A DNA stretch of 64,000 nt, taken from the NCBI GenBank assembly GCA_038212015.1, contig JBBQUY010000006.1:3016-67015 (forward strand). The letters are read 5' to 3'. Source of the stretch: Gaiellales bacterium. GTDB taxonomy: Bacteria > Actinomycetota > Thermoleophilia > Gaiellales > SKUG01. The position numbers were made by a program, and so were the translations under genes. This document shows, piece by piece, positions 15,385 through 24,408 of the stretch. Every line of letters begins with the position of its first letter. Position 1 is the first letter of the stretch. Below the pieces are notes generated by a model that saw only the letters and a program-made list of their open reading frames with translations, was not told the DNA's origin and ran no database searches.

Positions 15385-17139
15385 ATGGCAACCGCCGAGA
15401 TCACCGCCAGCGCGCTTCCGCTCACCCGCAGCGAGCGCTCCGTCATCTGTCCCGTCACGGGCCTGCGCATCTACGCAGGTGCGCGCGCCCTCACGCTCGC
15501 CAACGCCGTCGCCGCGGTACTTGCACTCGCGGCAGGCGGCACGTTCGCGCTGCTCGTGGGACTGACGCGCACGCCATCGGTGAGCATGCTCAAGCCCGAG
15601 GCGTACTACCAGTCGCTCACGGGGCACGGCGTCGCGGCGCTGATTCTCTGGCCCATCTTCTTCGAGGTCGCCGCGATGGTGTTCGCCTCGTCGATTCTGC
15701 TCAACACGCGTGTGTGGAGCATGAAGCTGGGCTGGACGTCATTCGCCGCAATGATCGCGGGCACGGCGATGCTGCTCGTGTCGGTGATCAGCGGAAAGGC
15801 GAACGTGACGTTCACCGCATATCCCCCGCTCATCGCCAACCCGATGTTCTACCTCGGCTACATCGTGTTCGCCGTGGGCGTGCTGCTGGCGGTCGTCAAC
15901 TTCTGCATGACGATCCTGCTCGCGCGCCAGGAGCGCATGAAGAACAAGTCCCTGCCGCTGCTCACCTATGGCGTGGCGGTGGCCGCGCTGCTCGCGCTCA
16001 TGGGCATCGTCGCCGGACTCGTCGCGCTCGTGCCCGCCTGGCTCTACTCGATGGGCCTGATCGGCTCGGTCGAGCCGATCGTCTACCGCGCGTGGTTCTG
16101 GGGTCTCGGCCATACGCTGCAGTACGTCAACGTGGTGGCGATGGTGGTGGCGTGGTACGGCATCATCGCGCTCACCCTGCGCGCCGGACCGGTCAACCAG
16201 AAGTTCAGCCGGCTGGCGTTCATCCTGTACCTCGTGTTCGCGGTGCCGGTGCTCGGCCATCACTTCATCGTCGATCCGGGCCTGTCGACGAGCGTCAAGG
16301 TGTTCGGGGCCTCGTTCATGGGCTTCGCGCTCGGCATCCCGAGCCTCATGCACGGCCTCGCCGTGATGGGCGCCGTCGAATCTCGCATGCGACGCGGTGG
16401 CGGCGTGACGGGCCTGTTCGGCTGGATCCGCGCGCTCGACTGGAAGCATCCCGGCATCGCCGCACTCGGCGTGTCGCTCGTGCTGTTCGCGATCGGTGGC
16501 TGGTCCGGATCGGCACAGACCACGCTGCAGCTCAACATGCTGACCCACAACACGATGTGGGTGCCGGCGCACCTGCACGCAGTTGTCGTCGGCGGCATGA
16601 CGCTCGGCTTCATGGGCTTCGCGTACTACCTGGTGCCGATCCTCGCCGGTCGTCGCCTGTTCTCGCGGCGCCTCGCGACGATCCAGGTGTACCTGTACGG
16701 CGGTGGCCTGCTCTTCATGATCGCGATGCAGTCCTGGGCCGGCATCATCGGCGTGCCGCGACGTACCGCGTCGATCGAGTACGGCGGACAGGCCCCGACG
16801 AGCTGGGAGCTCCCGATGAACCTGATGGGCGTCGGCGTGACGCTCGCCGCGCTCGGCGGCCTGATCTTCATCCTCCAGATGGTGCTGACCCTGATCGTCG
16901 GCAAGCCGACGTCGGATCCCGCCGAACTCGTTCCGAGCGCGAGCAAGATCCCGCTGGCGGACCCGCCCACGCTCGCAGCCGCGACGGCGAACGTCGGTGG
17001 CCCGAACGACGGCGGCACGCCCGACCGGCGCCTCGAGACGCCCGGCGCGTTCAGCGTGATGACCATCTACGTGGCCCTGTTCCTGGTGACCTGGCTCGCG
17101 TACTTCGCATACCTGACCCTGCACTGGGCCGTGAACTGA
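15385..17139 (+). CDS. Heme-copper oxidase subunit I, B-family (ba3-like)
   Basis: Polytopic, 584 aa. Contains GHTLQY (CuB His plus cross-link Tyr spacing), GHHF (CuB His pair) and PAHLHAVV (heme ligands). Confidence 0.85.
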   Translation: MATAEITASALPLTRSERSVICPVTGLRIYAGARALTLANAVAAVLALAAGGTFALLVGLTRTPSVSMLKPEAYYQSLTGHGVAALILWPIFFEVAAMVFASSILLNTRVWSMKLGWTSFAAMIAGTAMLLVSVISGKANVTFTAYPPLIANPMFYLGYIVFAVGVLLAVVNFCMTILLARQERMKNKSLPLLTYGVAVAALLALMGIVAGLVALVPAWLYSMGLIGSVEPIVYRAWFWGLGHTLQYVNVVAMVVAWYGIIALTLRAGPVNQKFSRLAFILYLVFAVPVLGHHFIVDPGLSTSVKVFGASFMGFALGIPSLMHGLAVMGAVESRMRRGGGVTGLFGWIRALDWKHPGIAALGVSLVLFAIGGWSGSAQTTLQLNMLTHNTMWVPAHLHAVVVGGMTLGFMGFAYYLVPILAGRRLFSRRLATIQVYLYGGGLLFMIAMQSWAGIIGVPRRTASIEYGGQAPTSWELPMNLMGVGVTLAALGGLIFILQMVLTLIVGKPTSDPAELVPSASKIPLADPPTLAAATANVGGPNDGGTPDRRLETPGAFSVMTIYVALFLVTWLAYFAYLTLHWAVN

Positions 17140-17142
17140 CAC

Positions 17143-18045
17143 ATGCACGCGACCGGCATCCTCGTCGCTCATGTCGATGGCTCCGGCACGGAGACGCTCG
17201 ACGAGCTGCTGACCTCATGGGAGCGCGCTCCGTCCCTGCTGCTGCTGCTCGGGCTGCTCACCGTCGCCTACGTGCGCGCACTGCGCTCCACCGGACTGGG
17301 TCGTCGCCAGCGCGGCGTTCGACTCGCCGCCTGGCTGGGCTCGATGGTCGCGTTCCTGCTCGCGCTCGGATCACCCGTAGATGCCCTGGGCGCCCATCTG
17401 GTGTCGGGTCACATGCTCCAGCACATGCTGCTCGGTGATGCCGGACCCGCATTGGCGGCGGCAGCATTGACCGGCGGCGTCGGCGCGTCGATGGCGCGAA
17501 CCTTCGCGATCGGTCCATTCCGGACCGTGGCGCGAATCGCGCGGAAGACGCCGGTCGTCGTCGTGGTCTGTGCGTGGGGCGTGACGTGGGGCATGTGGCA
17601 CACGACGTGGGCCTACGAGGCGGCGCTGCGGTCAGCCCCGATTCACATGTTCGAGCACGTGTCGCTGCTGATCGTCGGCATCTGGTTGTGGACCGTGATC
17701 GTCGATCCGATGGGGTCACGCTCGGAGCAGTCGGCAACGCGCATCGGGGTGTCGGTCGCGGCGCTCTTCTTCGGTGCGATCCTCACCAACTCCCTGACAT
17801 ACGTGGACGAGCCGACCTATCCGGCGCTTGTCGGGAACGCGGAGCGGCTGGTGGGATGGACGAGCACGGCGGACCAGCAGCTGGCGGGACTCGTCATGCT
17901 CGGGATGCAGGCGTTCACGATCGGCGTCGCGCTCTGGTACCTGATCCGCCGGCACCTCGCGGCCGGCGCCGACGCTGCCCGCTCCGGCGACCTGCTCGCG
18001 GAGCCGGGGCGCGCTCCGGCTGCGTCGCACCCGCTCACCTGGTAG
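17143..18045 (+). CDS. ctaG: Cytochrome c oxidase assembly protein (Caa3_CtaG family)
   Basis: Multi-TM protein with SGHMLQHMLLGD and MFEHVSLLIVG motifs. It lies immediately after subunit I. Confidence 0.7.
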   Translation: MHATGILVAHVDGSGTETLDELLTSWERAPSLLLLLGLLTVAYVRALRSTGLGRRQRGVRLAAWLGSMVAFLLALGSPVDALGAHLVSGHMLQHMLLGDAGPALAAAALTGGVGASMARTFAIGPFRTVARIARKTPVVVVVCAWGVTWGMWHTTWAYEAALRSAPIHMFEHVSLLIVGIWLWTVIVDPMGSRSEQSATRIGVSVAALFFGAILTNSLTYVDEPTYPALVGNAERLVGWTSTADQQLAGLVMLGMQAFTIGVALWYLIRRHLAAGADAARSGDLLAEPGRAPAASHPLTW

Positions 18046-18158
18046 CAGCTCCGTAGTTCACCGCAATGACGTGCGGCATTCCACGTAGTTGGGCGTGCCC
18101 TCCTATGCCGATGCCACATCAGACGAGTCAGGGTGGACATGCGTCGGGGGAGGTCACC

Positions 18159-19427
18159 ATGGCACGGTCGAGCGTTCGAACGGTTCGTTGCAGGCGGGGT
18201 CCGCAGGTGGCGTGCATCCTCGCCGGCCTGGTCGGCGTGATCATTCCCGTGGCGATGTCGTCCGGTGAAGCGAGCGCAGCTCCCCGACCCGTTCCCGCCG
18301 TGGAGACGACCGTCTTCGGGCTGGAGATGTTCGCCCAGGCCCCGTTCAAGCGCTCGCCGTTCAAGCGCGCACCTTTCAAGCGGGCCCCGTTCAAGCGAGC
18401 ACCCTTCAAGCGAGGACCGTTCAAGCGAGCGGAAGCACGGTCTCCGTTCATCGAGCAGCTGATTCCCACCAACGTCCAGCGTGCAGGCGCCCTGCGCAGC
18501 TCGACCGCGGCGATCGACGGAATCGACGAGCTGCTGGATGTCGACATCGCGGTACTCGATGGCGGCGTCGATGCCGCGCACCCCGACCTGCGCGTCGCAG
18601 GTTCGATCAACTGCACGGCCGGCGGTACCCTCGACCGCGACCTCGATGGCCACGGCACGATGGTGGCGGGTCTCGCGGCTGCACGTGACAACGGGTTCGG
18701 CGTGGTCGGCGTGGCGCCGGGCGCACGCATCTGGTCGGTGCGCGTCGCACGTCCCGACGGGACGATCACCGAGCAGGCGGCTCGGTGCGGCCTGCAATGG
18801 CTCGTGGACCATGCAGACACGATCGAGGTTGCGAACCTGAGCTGGAGCGGCGCGGGGGATCCCTCCGACGCGTGCGGCACGTCCGCGGCTGCCGAGGCAA
18901 CCCGCCCGCGCGGTGGTGGCGGCGCGAACGTCGACCCCGGTGCGGAGCCCGAGCTGCATGCGCTCGCCTGCGCGGCGCACGACGAGGGCGTCGTGCTCGT
19001 CGCAGCGGCCGGCAATGATGCCGCGGACGCGGCGGGTGTGCTGCCTGCTGCCTGGGGCGAGGTGCTGGCGGTGTCGGCGATCGCCGACAGCGACGGCGAT
19101 CGCGGCGGACTCGGCGGCTCGCCCTGCGACACCGGGGAGCTGGATGATCATCTCGCGAGCTTCTCCAACACGGGCGCGCCCGTCGCGATCGCCGCCGGGG
19201 GCGTCTGCGTGGCGTCGACCGACGCACGGGGCGGCTATGCCACCGGCAGCGGTACGAGCTTTGCATCGCCGATCGTCGCCGGTGCTGCTGCGCTGCTGCT
19301 CGTGCGTGAGCCGACGCTCACGCCAGACCAGGTTCGCGAGCGGCTGCTCGCGGCGGCCGAGCCGGGGCCGATTCCCGGCGACCGAGACCAGACCGTCGAG
19401 GGTGTCGTCGACGTCGGCACCGACTGA
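18159..19427 (+). CDS. Secreted S8 (subtilisin-like) serine peptidase with a PFKR-repeat pro-region
   Basis: ATG 18159 follows GGGGGAGG, and a signal peptide is present. The catalytic triad context is LDGGVDAAHPDL (Asp), HGTMVAGLAAA (His) and GTSFASPIVAGAAALL (Ser). Confidence 0.85.
   Translation: MARSSVRTVRCRRGPQVACILAGLVGVIIPVAMSSGEASAAPRPVPAVETTVFGLEMFAQAPFKRSPFKRAPFKRAPFKRAPFKRGPFKRAEARSPFIEQLIPTNVQRAGALRSSTAAIDGIDELLDVDIAVLDGGVDAAHPDLRVAGSINCTAGGTLDRDLDGHGTMVAGLAAARDNGFGVVGVAPGARIWSVRVARPDGTITEQAARCGLQWLVDHADTIEVANLSWSGAGDPSDACGTSAAAEATRPRGGGGANVDPGAEPELHALACAAHDEGVVLVAAAGNDAADAAGVLPAAWGEVLAVSAIADSDGDRGGLGGSPCDTGELDDHLASFSNTGAPVAIAAGGVCVASTDARGGYATGSGTSFASPIVAGAAALLLVREPTLTPDQVRERLLAAAEPGPIPGDRDQTVEGVVDVGTD
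18339..18428 (+). repeat. Six tandem 15-nt coding repeats (APFKR SPFKR APFKR APFKR APFKR GPFKR)
   Basis: Read directly from the sequence. They are in frame within the S8 peptidase, between the signal peptide and the catalytic domain. Confidence 0.95.
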
Positions 19428-20884
19428 TGTCAACGCCATGCCCCGGACTTCCCCGACCGAGATGGCGTCGGCGAACCCTCCGGCTGGTCGCGGGTACCTG
19501 GGTGGCCACGGGTCTGCTCGCGCCCCTGCTCGTGGGTGTGCTGCAGCCGGAGCTGCTGATCGGACCAGGGCTGTTGCTGTCGCTGGTGCTGATCGCATTC
19601 GCCGTGGCCGGCAGCAACGTGGAGCTGCGCTTCTCGCTCGATGATTCGGGTCCGGTGTGGTCGCCGGTGGGTGTGCCGATCGTGCTCGCGGTGGTGGCGT
19701 GCAGCGTCCCGCAGGCGATGCTCGTCACCGCGCTCGGCTACCTGCTCGATCGAGCTACCTGGGGTCGAGGTCGCCTGCTGGCGATCGAGACGGCCGGGCT
19801 GGGAGCGATGAGCGCGGGCGGTGCCGCGCTGCTCGCACACTCGATCGGGCTGCGCTTCGACTCGCCCGGCATCGCGCTCGTGTCGGCGATCGCCGCGAGC
19901 GTGCTGTTCCTGGTCCTCGACGCGGTCACGTATGCCGTCTGGTATCAGTTCGAGTCCGGGACCGGCGGGTATGTGCTCCGCTGCTTCGTCGGAGCCGCAC
20001 CCATCGACGTGACGTTCACCACGGTCGCGGTGCTCGTCACCGGGCCGTTCATCGGCGCACCGTTCGTCGTCGCGCTGGTGCTCGCCGGTTGTCAGGGTGC
20101 GATCTACGCCCTGTATCGTCTCGTGACGAGCGAGTCGCGTCATCGGCAGCAGTCCGATCACCTGCGCGAGGTCTTCTCGCGGTACGTTCCGGAGCAGGTG
20201 GCGCAGCGCCTCGCGACGAGCCCCGACAAGGTCCGCCTCGGCGGGGAGCTGCGCGACGTGACGGTGCTGTTCTGTGACATCCGCGGCTTCACTGGCTGGG
20301 CGGAGCGACGGGATGCGGAATCGGTCGTCGGTGAACTCAACTCGCTGCTCGGGGGCCTGGCGGAGATCGTCATGGAGTCGTTCGGCACGCTCGACAAGTT
20401 CACTGGCGACGGCCTGATGGCGTTCTGGGGCGCACCGCTCGATCAACCTGACCATGCCGAGCGCGCCTGTCGCGCCGCGATCGGCATGCAGCAGCTGCTC
20501 GACCGTCGCCATCGCGAGCTCCTGATCGGCGACGACTTCGAGTTTCGGATCGGGGTCGGGATCGCGTCAGGCCCGGTGGTCGTCGGCAACGTCGGCCACG
20601 AGAAGCGCCTCGACTACACCGCGATCGGCGACACCGTGAACCTCGCCGCTCGCCTGGAGCAGTCGACCAAGGAGCTCGGGGTTCCGACCGTCGTGTCCCA
20701 CGACACGTGGCTGCGGCTTCCGCCGGCCTTCCGCGAACGGTGCGCCAATCCCACGACCGTGACCGTGAAGGGTCGCGTCGCGCCCGTGCAGGTGCATGCG
20801 CTCGTTCACGACGTGACGGTCATGGAGGCGGGCACGAACGCACAGCCCGGATCCTCGGCAAGCGGATTCCCGCTCGCGGCGTAG
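19427..20884 (+). CDS. Membrane-bound class III adenylate/guanylate cyclase
   Basis: About 6-7 N-terminal TM helices. Cyclase motifs VTVLFCDIRGFTGW, FTGDGLMAFWGAP, RIGVGIASGPVVVGNVG and YTAIGDTVNLAARLE. The ATG overlaps the peptidase stop (TGATG). Confidence 0.85.
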   Translation: MSTPCPGLPRPRWRRRTLRLVAGTWVATGLLAPLLVGVLQPELLIGPGLLLSLVLIAFAVAGSNVELRFSLDDSGPVWSPVGVPIVLAVVACSVPQAMLVTALGYLLDRATWGRGRLLAIETAGLGAMSAGGAALLAHSIGLRFDSPGIALVSAIAASVLFLVLDAVTYAVWYQFESGTGGYVLRCFVGAAPIDVTFTTVAVLVTGPFIGAPFVVALVLAGCQGAIYALYRLVTSESRHRQQSDHLREVFSRYVPEQVAQRLATSPDKVRLGGELRDVTVLFCDIRGFTGWAERRDAESVVGELNSLLGGLAEIVMESFGTLDKFTGDGLMAFWGAPLDQPDHAERACRAAIGMQQLLDRRHRELLIGDDFEFRIGVGIASGPVVVGNVGHEKRLDYTAIGDTVNLAARLEQSTKELGVPTVVSHDTWLRLPPAFRERCANPTTVTVKGRVAPVQVHALVHDVTVMEAGTNAQPGSSASGFPLAA

Positions 20885-21909
20885 GCCCGTGCGCGGCTGC
20901 CGCCGCAGCGGGTCTTGAACTCGCAGGCGCCGCACTTGCCCTCGAGTGCGTCGGGATCACGCAGGGACACGAACAACGGGTGCTCGCGGTACACCTGGAT
21001 GAGGTCGTCGCTGCGGACGTTGCCTGCGGTGAGGGGCAGGAACCCGCTCGGGCAGATGCCGCCGAGGTGATCGATGAAAACGAACCCGTTGCCGTCGGTG
21101 ACGGCGCGGCCCGCGCGACCGATGCCACGCACGGGAGCCTGGCTGCCCGACGCCGCGCGGCGCTCAGCGAGCACGCGGTGGTAGTGCGGCGCCTCGGTCG
21201 TCTTGATGCCGAACGAAACGCGCTCCTGCAGGTCAGCAGCCCACTGGAGCACGTCCTCGATCTCTGAAGGGGCGAGCGCGTCGTCGGCGCTTGCGCGGCC
21301 GACCGGAATCAGGAAGAACAACGCCCACAGCACGACCCCGGCTTCCTCGACGAACTCGGCGATGCGGGGCAGGTCGGCGAGCGTCTGCCGCGACACCGTC
21401 GTATTGATCTGCAGGGGCAGTCCGAGCTCGCGCGCGTCGTCGATGATCCGGCGCGTGTAGCGGTGGGATCCTCGGACGCGACGAAACGCGTCGTGTGCCT
21501 CCTCCGTGGCTCCGTCCAGGCTCACCGCGAGCCTGGAGAGTCCCGCATCGCGTACTTCCTCGAGCCGAGCGTGCGTGACCGCGGCGGTGCCGCTCGGCGT
21601 GAGGGCCATCGAGATCCCGCGCTCGATGCCATGGCGTACCAGCTCCGGAACATCACGCCGGCGGAGCGGGTCGCCCCCGGTCAGGACGAACAGTGGCGGT
21701 CGTTCGCCGAACTCGGCGACCCGGTCGAGCAGCTGCTTGCCCTCCTCCGTGCTCAGCTCGAGCGGATTGCGATGCGGCATCGCTTCCGCGCGACAGTGCA
21801 CGCATGCGAGCGCGCAGGCGCGGGTGATCTCCCAGATCACGATGAACGGCGCACGCTGGAAGTCGAGGTCGGCGAATGACGGCCGCAGCGCGACGCTCGG
21901 AACGCTCAT
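20806..21909 (-). CDS. NirJ/AhbC/AhbD-family radical SAM/SPASM protein (second of two)
   Basis: CX3CX2C in ITRACALACVHC. C-terminal SPASM-like Cys cluster CPSG...KCGACEFKTRCGG. ATG 21909 overlaps the upstream stop (ATGA). Confidence 0.8.
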   Translation of the reverse strand: MSVPSVALRPSFADLDFQRAPFIVIWEITRACALACVHCRAEAMPHRNPLELSTEEGKQLLDRVAEFGERPPLFVLTGGDPLRRRDVPELVRHGIERGISMALTPSGTAAVTHARLEEVRDAGLSRLAVSLDGATEEAHDAFRRVRGSHRYTRRIIDDARELGLPLQINTTVSRQTLADLPRIAEFVEEAGVVLWALFFLIPVGRASADDALAPSEIEDVLQWAADLQERVSFGIKTTEAPHYHRVLAERRAASGSQAPVRGIGRAGRAVTDGNGFVFIDHLGGICPSGFLPLTAGNVRSDDLIQVYREHPLFVSLRDPDALEGKCGACEFKTRCGGSRARAYAASGNPLAEDPGCAFVPASMTVTS

Positions 21910-23135
21910 CGCGCGACACCCTCCAGTTCGTGCTCGACGGCAGCAGGTGGCAGCTCGATCGCACGCTCCTCCGCCGTGAGCGGGCACGACGGATCCTCGG
22001 CCCAGATGTCGCCGTGGAAGCTGTTCGCACGAGCGCGGAACCCGCCGCACACGTCCTTGAACGCACAGCTGCCACAGGCTCCTTGGAGCGGCCAGTCCTC
22101 GCGACGCAGCTCACGCAGCACCTCGTCCTGCGGCTCGTCCTCGGTTGGGCTCCACAGTTCCCGAAAGGGCGTCTCGCGCACGTTGCCGATCGAATGCGTG
22201 AGCCAGAACTGGTTGGGGTGCAGGACGCCGTCGTGGTCGATCTCGACGATCCTGCGCCCGGTGCCGTCACCGCTCTGGCGTCGCAGCGCGGCAAGCACCT
22301 CGGCGGCGCGCTCGGGTCGATTGCGCAGCGTCCACAGGTAGATGAGCGGGCCGTCATGGGGCGCGTCCACGGTCAGGATCTCGGGACCGAAGTCCTCGGC
22401 CTGTTCGCAGAGTGCCTCCACGATCTGGCGACGATGGTCGTTCTCCACGTCGCCGTTGCGCTTGCCGCGACCCGACGGAACGAGGTGGTACATGCAGAAT
22501 CGCGCGACGCCGAGCTCGTCCGCGAGCTCGAGCACCTCATGCAGGTCATGCACGTTGTCGGCCGTGATCGTGAAGCGCATGCTCACGCGCAGGCCGACTG
22601 CCTGGCAGTAGCGCACTGCGGCGATCGTCTTGCGGAACGCTCCTGCCTTGCGGCGGAACGTGTCGTGGGTCTGCTCGGACCCGTCGACGGAGATGCCGAC
22701 GTACACGGCCCCGTGGTCCTTGAGGCGCTGCGCCTCCTCGACGCTGCGGATGAGCGTGCCGTTGGTGGAGATCACGGGCGTGATGCCGCGGTCGGCCGTG
22801 TGCCGGATGATCTGGGGCAGGTCCTTGCGGATGAGCGGTTCGCCGCCCGAGAACAGCAACACGGGCACGCCCGCATCGGCGAGCTCGTCGATGACGCGGA
22901 TCACGTCCTCGTACGGCGTCGCGATCGGGTTGCGTCCCAGCACGGCGGAGTAGTAGCAGTGCTGGCAGGCGAGGTTGCAGCTCTGGGTGATGTTCCAGAC
23001 GACGACCGGTCGATGCGACGTGCGGTCACCGTAGTCGTGCGCGACGACGGGCGCGGTGTCGCGTGCGGAGCTGCCGTAGCGGTATCGATCGGACGGACTG
23101 CGCCGCCCCGTCACCAGGCGCGTGAGGCCGATCAT
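21906..23135 (-). CDS. NirJ/AhbC/AhbD-family radical SAM/SPASM protein (first of two)
   Basis: NITQSCNLACQHCY radical SAM motif. C-terminal GACGSCAFKDVCGG. ATG 23135 overlaps the ahbAB stop (ATGA). The upstream 400 codons of the 811-aa track ORF are shadow sequence. Confidence 0.8.
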   Translation of the reverse strand: MIGLTRLVTGRRSPSDRYRYGSSARDTAPVVAHDYGDRTSHRPVVVWNITQSCNLACQHCYYSAVLGRNPIATPYEDVIRVIDELADAGVPVLLFSGGEPLIRKDLPQIIRHTADRGITPVISTNGTLIRSVEEAQRLKDHGAVYVGISVDGSEQTHDTFRRKAGAFRKTIAAVRYCQAVGLRVSMRFTITADNVHDLHEVLELADELGVARFCMYHLVPSGRGKRNGDVENDHRRQIVEALCEQAEDFGPEILTVDAPHDGPLIYLWTLRNRPERAAEVLAALRRQSGDGTGRRIVEIDHDGVLHPNQFWLTHSIGNVRETPFRELWSPTEDEPQDEVLRELRREDWPLQGACGSCAFKDVCGGFRARANSFHGDIWAEDPSCPLTAEERAIELPPAAVEHELEGVAR

Positions 23136-24205
23136 GCTCGCACCCCGATGCGCGCCTGCTCCCAGGCTTCCTGTTCCGGTGTGAAGTACCGCACGCGCAC
23201 CTTCTTGAACTCGCGGGTCGAATACAGCACGTCGTAGTCGTCGAGACCGGTCGCTTCGGAGATCGCGGCGAGCACTGCCTCGCACTCCTCCCGACTGCGA
23301 CCGTGCGTCATCGTGAAGAGCCCGTACGGCCAGTCGTCGTAGGTCGGTCGCGCGTAGCAATGCGAGACCCCTTCGAAGCTCGCCATCGTCCGGCCGTACT
23401 CCTCGATGCGGTTCGGCGGGACGATCCACACGCCCATGCCGTTCGCACGGAATCCTGCGCGGCGATGGTGCAGGACCGCAGCGAAGCGGCGCATGAGCCG
23501 CGACTCGCGAAGCTGGAGGGCGCGGTCGAGCAGGTCCTGCACGTCGAATCCATGCTCCTCGGCGAGCAGCGCGAACGGCTCCTCGATCGCGGGCAGGTCG
23601 CGCTGCAGCGCGAGGATCGCCTCGACCGTGCGTGCGTCCTCGTGGACCGTCGGCGGGTGCACGTCGCTCGCCGCGGGCGGGGCGGCGATCGCAGCCGGCG
23701 GCTCGGTGCGTCGCGCATCGGCGGCGCGACCGCCCTGGATGTCGAAGTTGACGCCGATCCGGAACACGCGCAGTGCGGGCAGCAGCAGCGCCGCCTCGGC
23801 GCCGGCCTCCTCGGTGATCAGGTCGACGGTCGCCTCGAGCCCGAGCGAGCTCTCGGGGGATACCGCGATCGTGAACCAGAGGTTGTAGTCGTGATCGCGC
23901 TGGTAGTTGTGACTGACACCGGGATGCGCGGAGACGATTGCTGCGGCGTCCTCGAGGTTCGCCGGATCCACCCGCGCGGCGACGAGACTGCTCGCATACC
24001 CGAGCCGGCGCGTGTCGAAGATCGCGCTCACCTGGCGAATGACACCGTCGGAGCGGAGGCGGATGACGGCGTCGATCACGTCCCGTTCGGTCGATCCGAT
24101 GTCGGCCGCGAGAACCGCGAACGGGCGGGGCACCAGCGGCACGTCCTGCTGCATGCGTTCGAGGAGGGCACGGTCGAGTTCGTTCATGTCGCTCGTCTGC
24201 TGCAT
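23132..24205 (-). CDS. Siroheme decarboxylase, fused AhbA/AhbB (NirD/L-G/H-like) two-module protein
   Basis: Two tandem Lrp/AsnC-like plus NirD-type modules: LDRALLERMQQDVPLVPRPF...VSHNYQRDHDYNLWFT and ILALQRDLPAIEEPF...VSHCYARPTYDDWPYGLFTM. GGAGG lies 7 nt before ATG 24205. Alternative starts lie at 24259 and 24187. Confidence 0.8.
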   Translation of the reverse strand: MQQTSDMNELDRALLERMQQDVPLVPRPFAVLAADIGSTERDVIDAVIRLRSDGVIRQVSAIFDTRRLGYASSLVAARVDPANLEDAAAIVSAHPGVSHNYQRDHDYNLWFTIAVSPESSLGLEATVDLITEEAGAEAALLLPALRVFRIGVNFDIQGGRAADARRTEPPAAIAAPPAASDVHPPTVHEDARTVEAILALQRDLPAIEEPFALLAEEHGFDVQDLLDRALQLRESRLMRRFAAVLHHRRAGFRANGMGVWIVPPNRIEEYGRTMASFEGVSHCYARPTYDDWPYGLFTMTHGRSREECEAVLAAISEATGLDDYDVLYSTREFKKVRVRYFTPEQEAWEQARIGVRA

Positions 24206-24408
24206 CGCCTGGCCTCCGATCGGGCGGGACCAGACCCCACCACGGTAGGACGACATCAACGCATGTCGAGCAGGTTCGAGGCATCCGGGAAAGACCGCAG
24301 CCGCATGCGCGGAACACCGAAGCCGATCCGCGGGCCAGCACGGACGGTCAGGTGCTCGGCGCCACCTAGCATCGCCTCGTTTTCACCCACCATCACGAAG
24401 GCGATCCA

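Noticed and set aside
18339-18428. Possible CRISPR-like or other non-coding tandem repeat array here, and also at 55263..55403 and 55551..55577.
   Set aside because: The units are 9-15 nt with no spacers. They lie in frame inside well-supported ORFs and encode peptide repeats (PFKR, MGGLP, GMN). No cas genes are present.
18159-20884. A cyclic-nucleotide anti-phage system (Pycsar/CBASS-like), because a cyclase sits next to a protease.
   Set aside because: The cyclase has the standard multi-TM plus class III catalytic-domain architecture of actinobacterial signalling cyclases. There is no separate effector with a cyclic-nucleotide-binding domain. The protease is a secreted S8 enzyme with a signal peptide.
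20806-24205. Interpreting the NirDL-GH/NirJ-like genes as a heme d1 biosynthesis operon for cd1 nitrite reductase.
   Set aside because: The window has no nirS, nirF, nirN or nirE, and its nitrite reductase is the copper type (NirK). Two NirJ-like radical SAM genes after the decarboxylase fit the Ahb heme pathway better. Whole-genome context is still needed to be certain.
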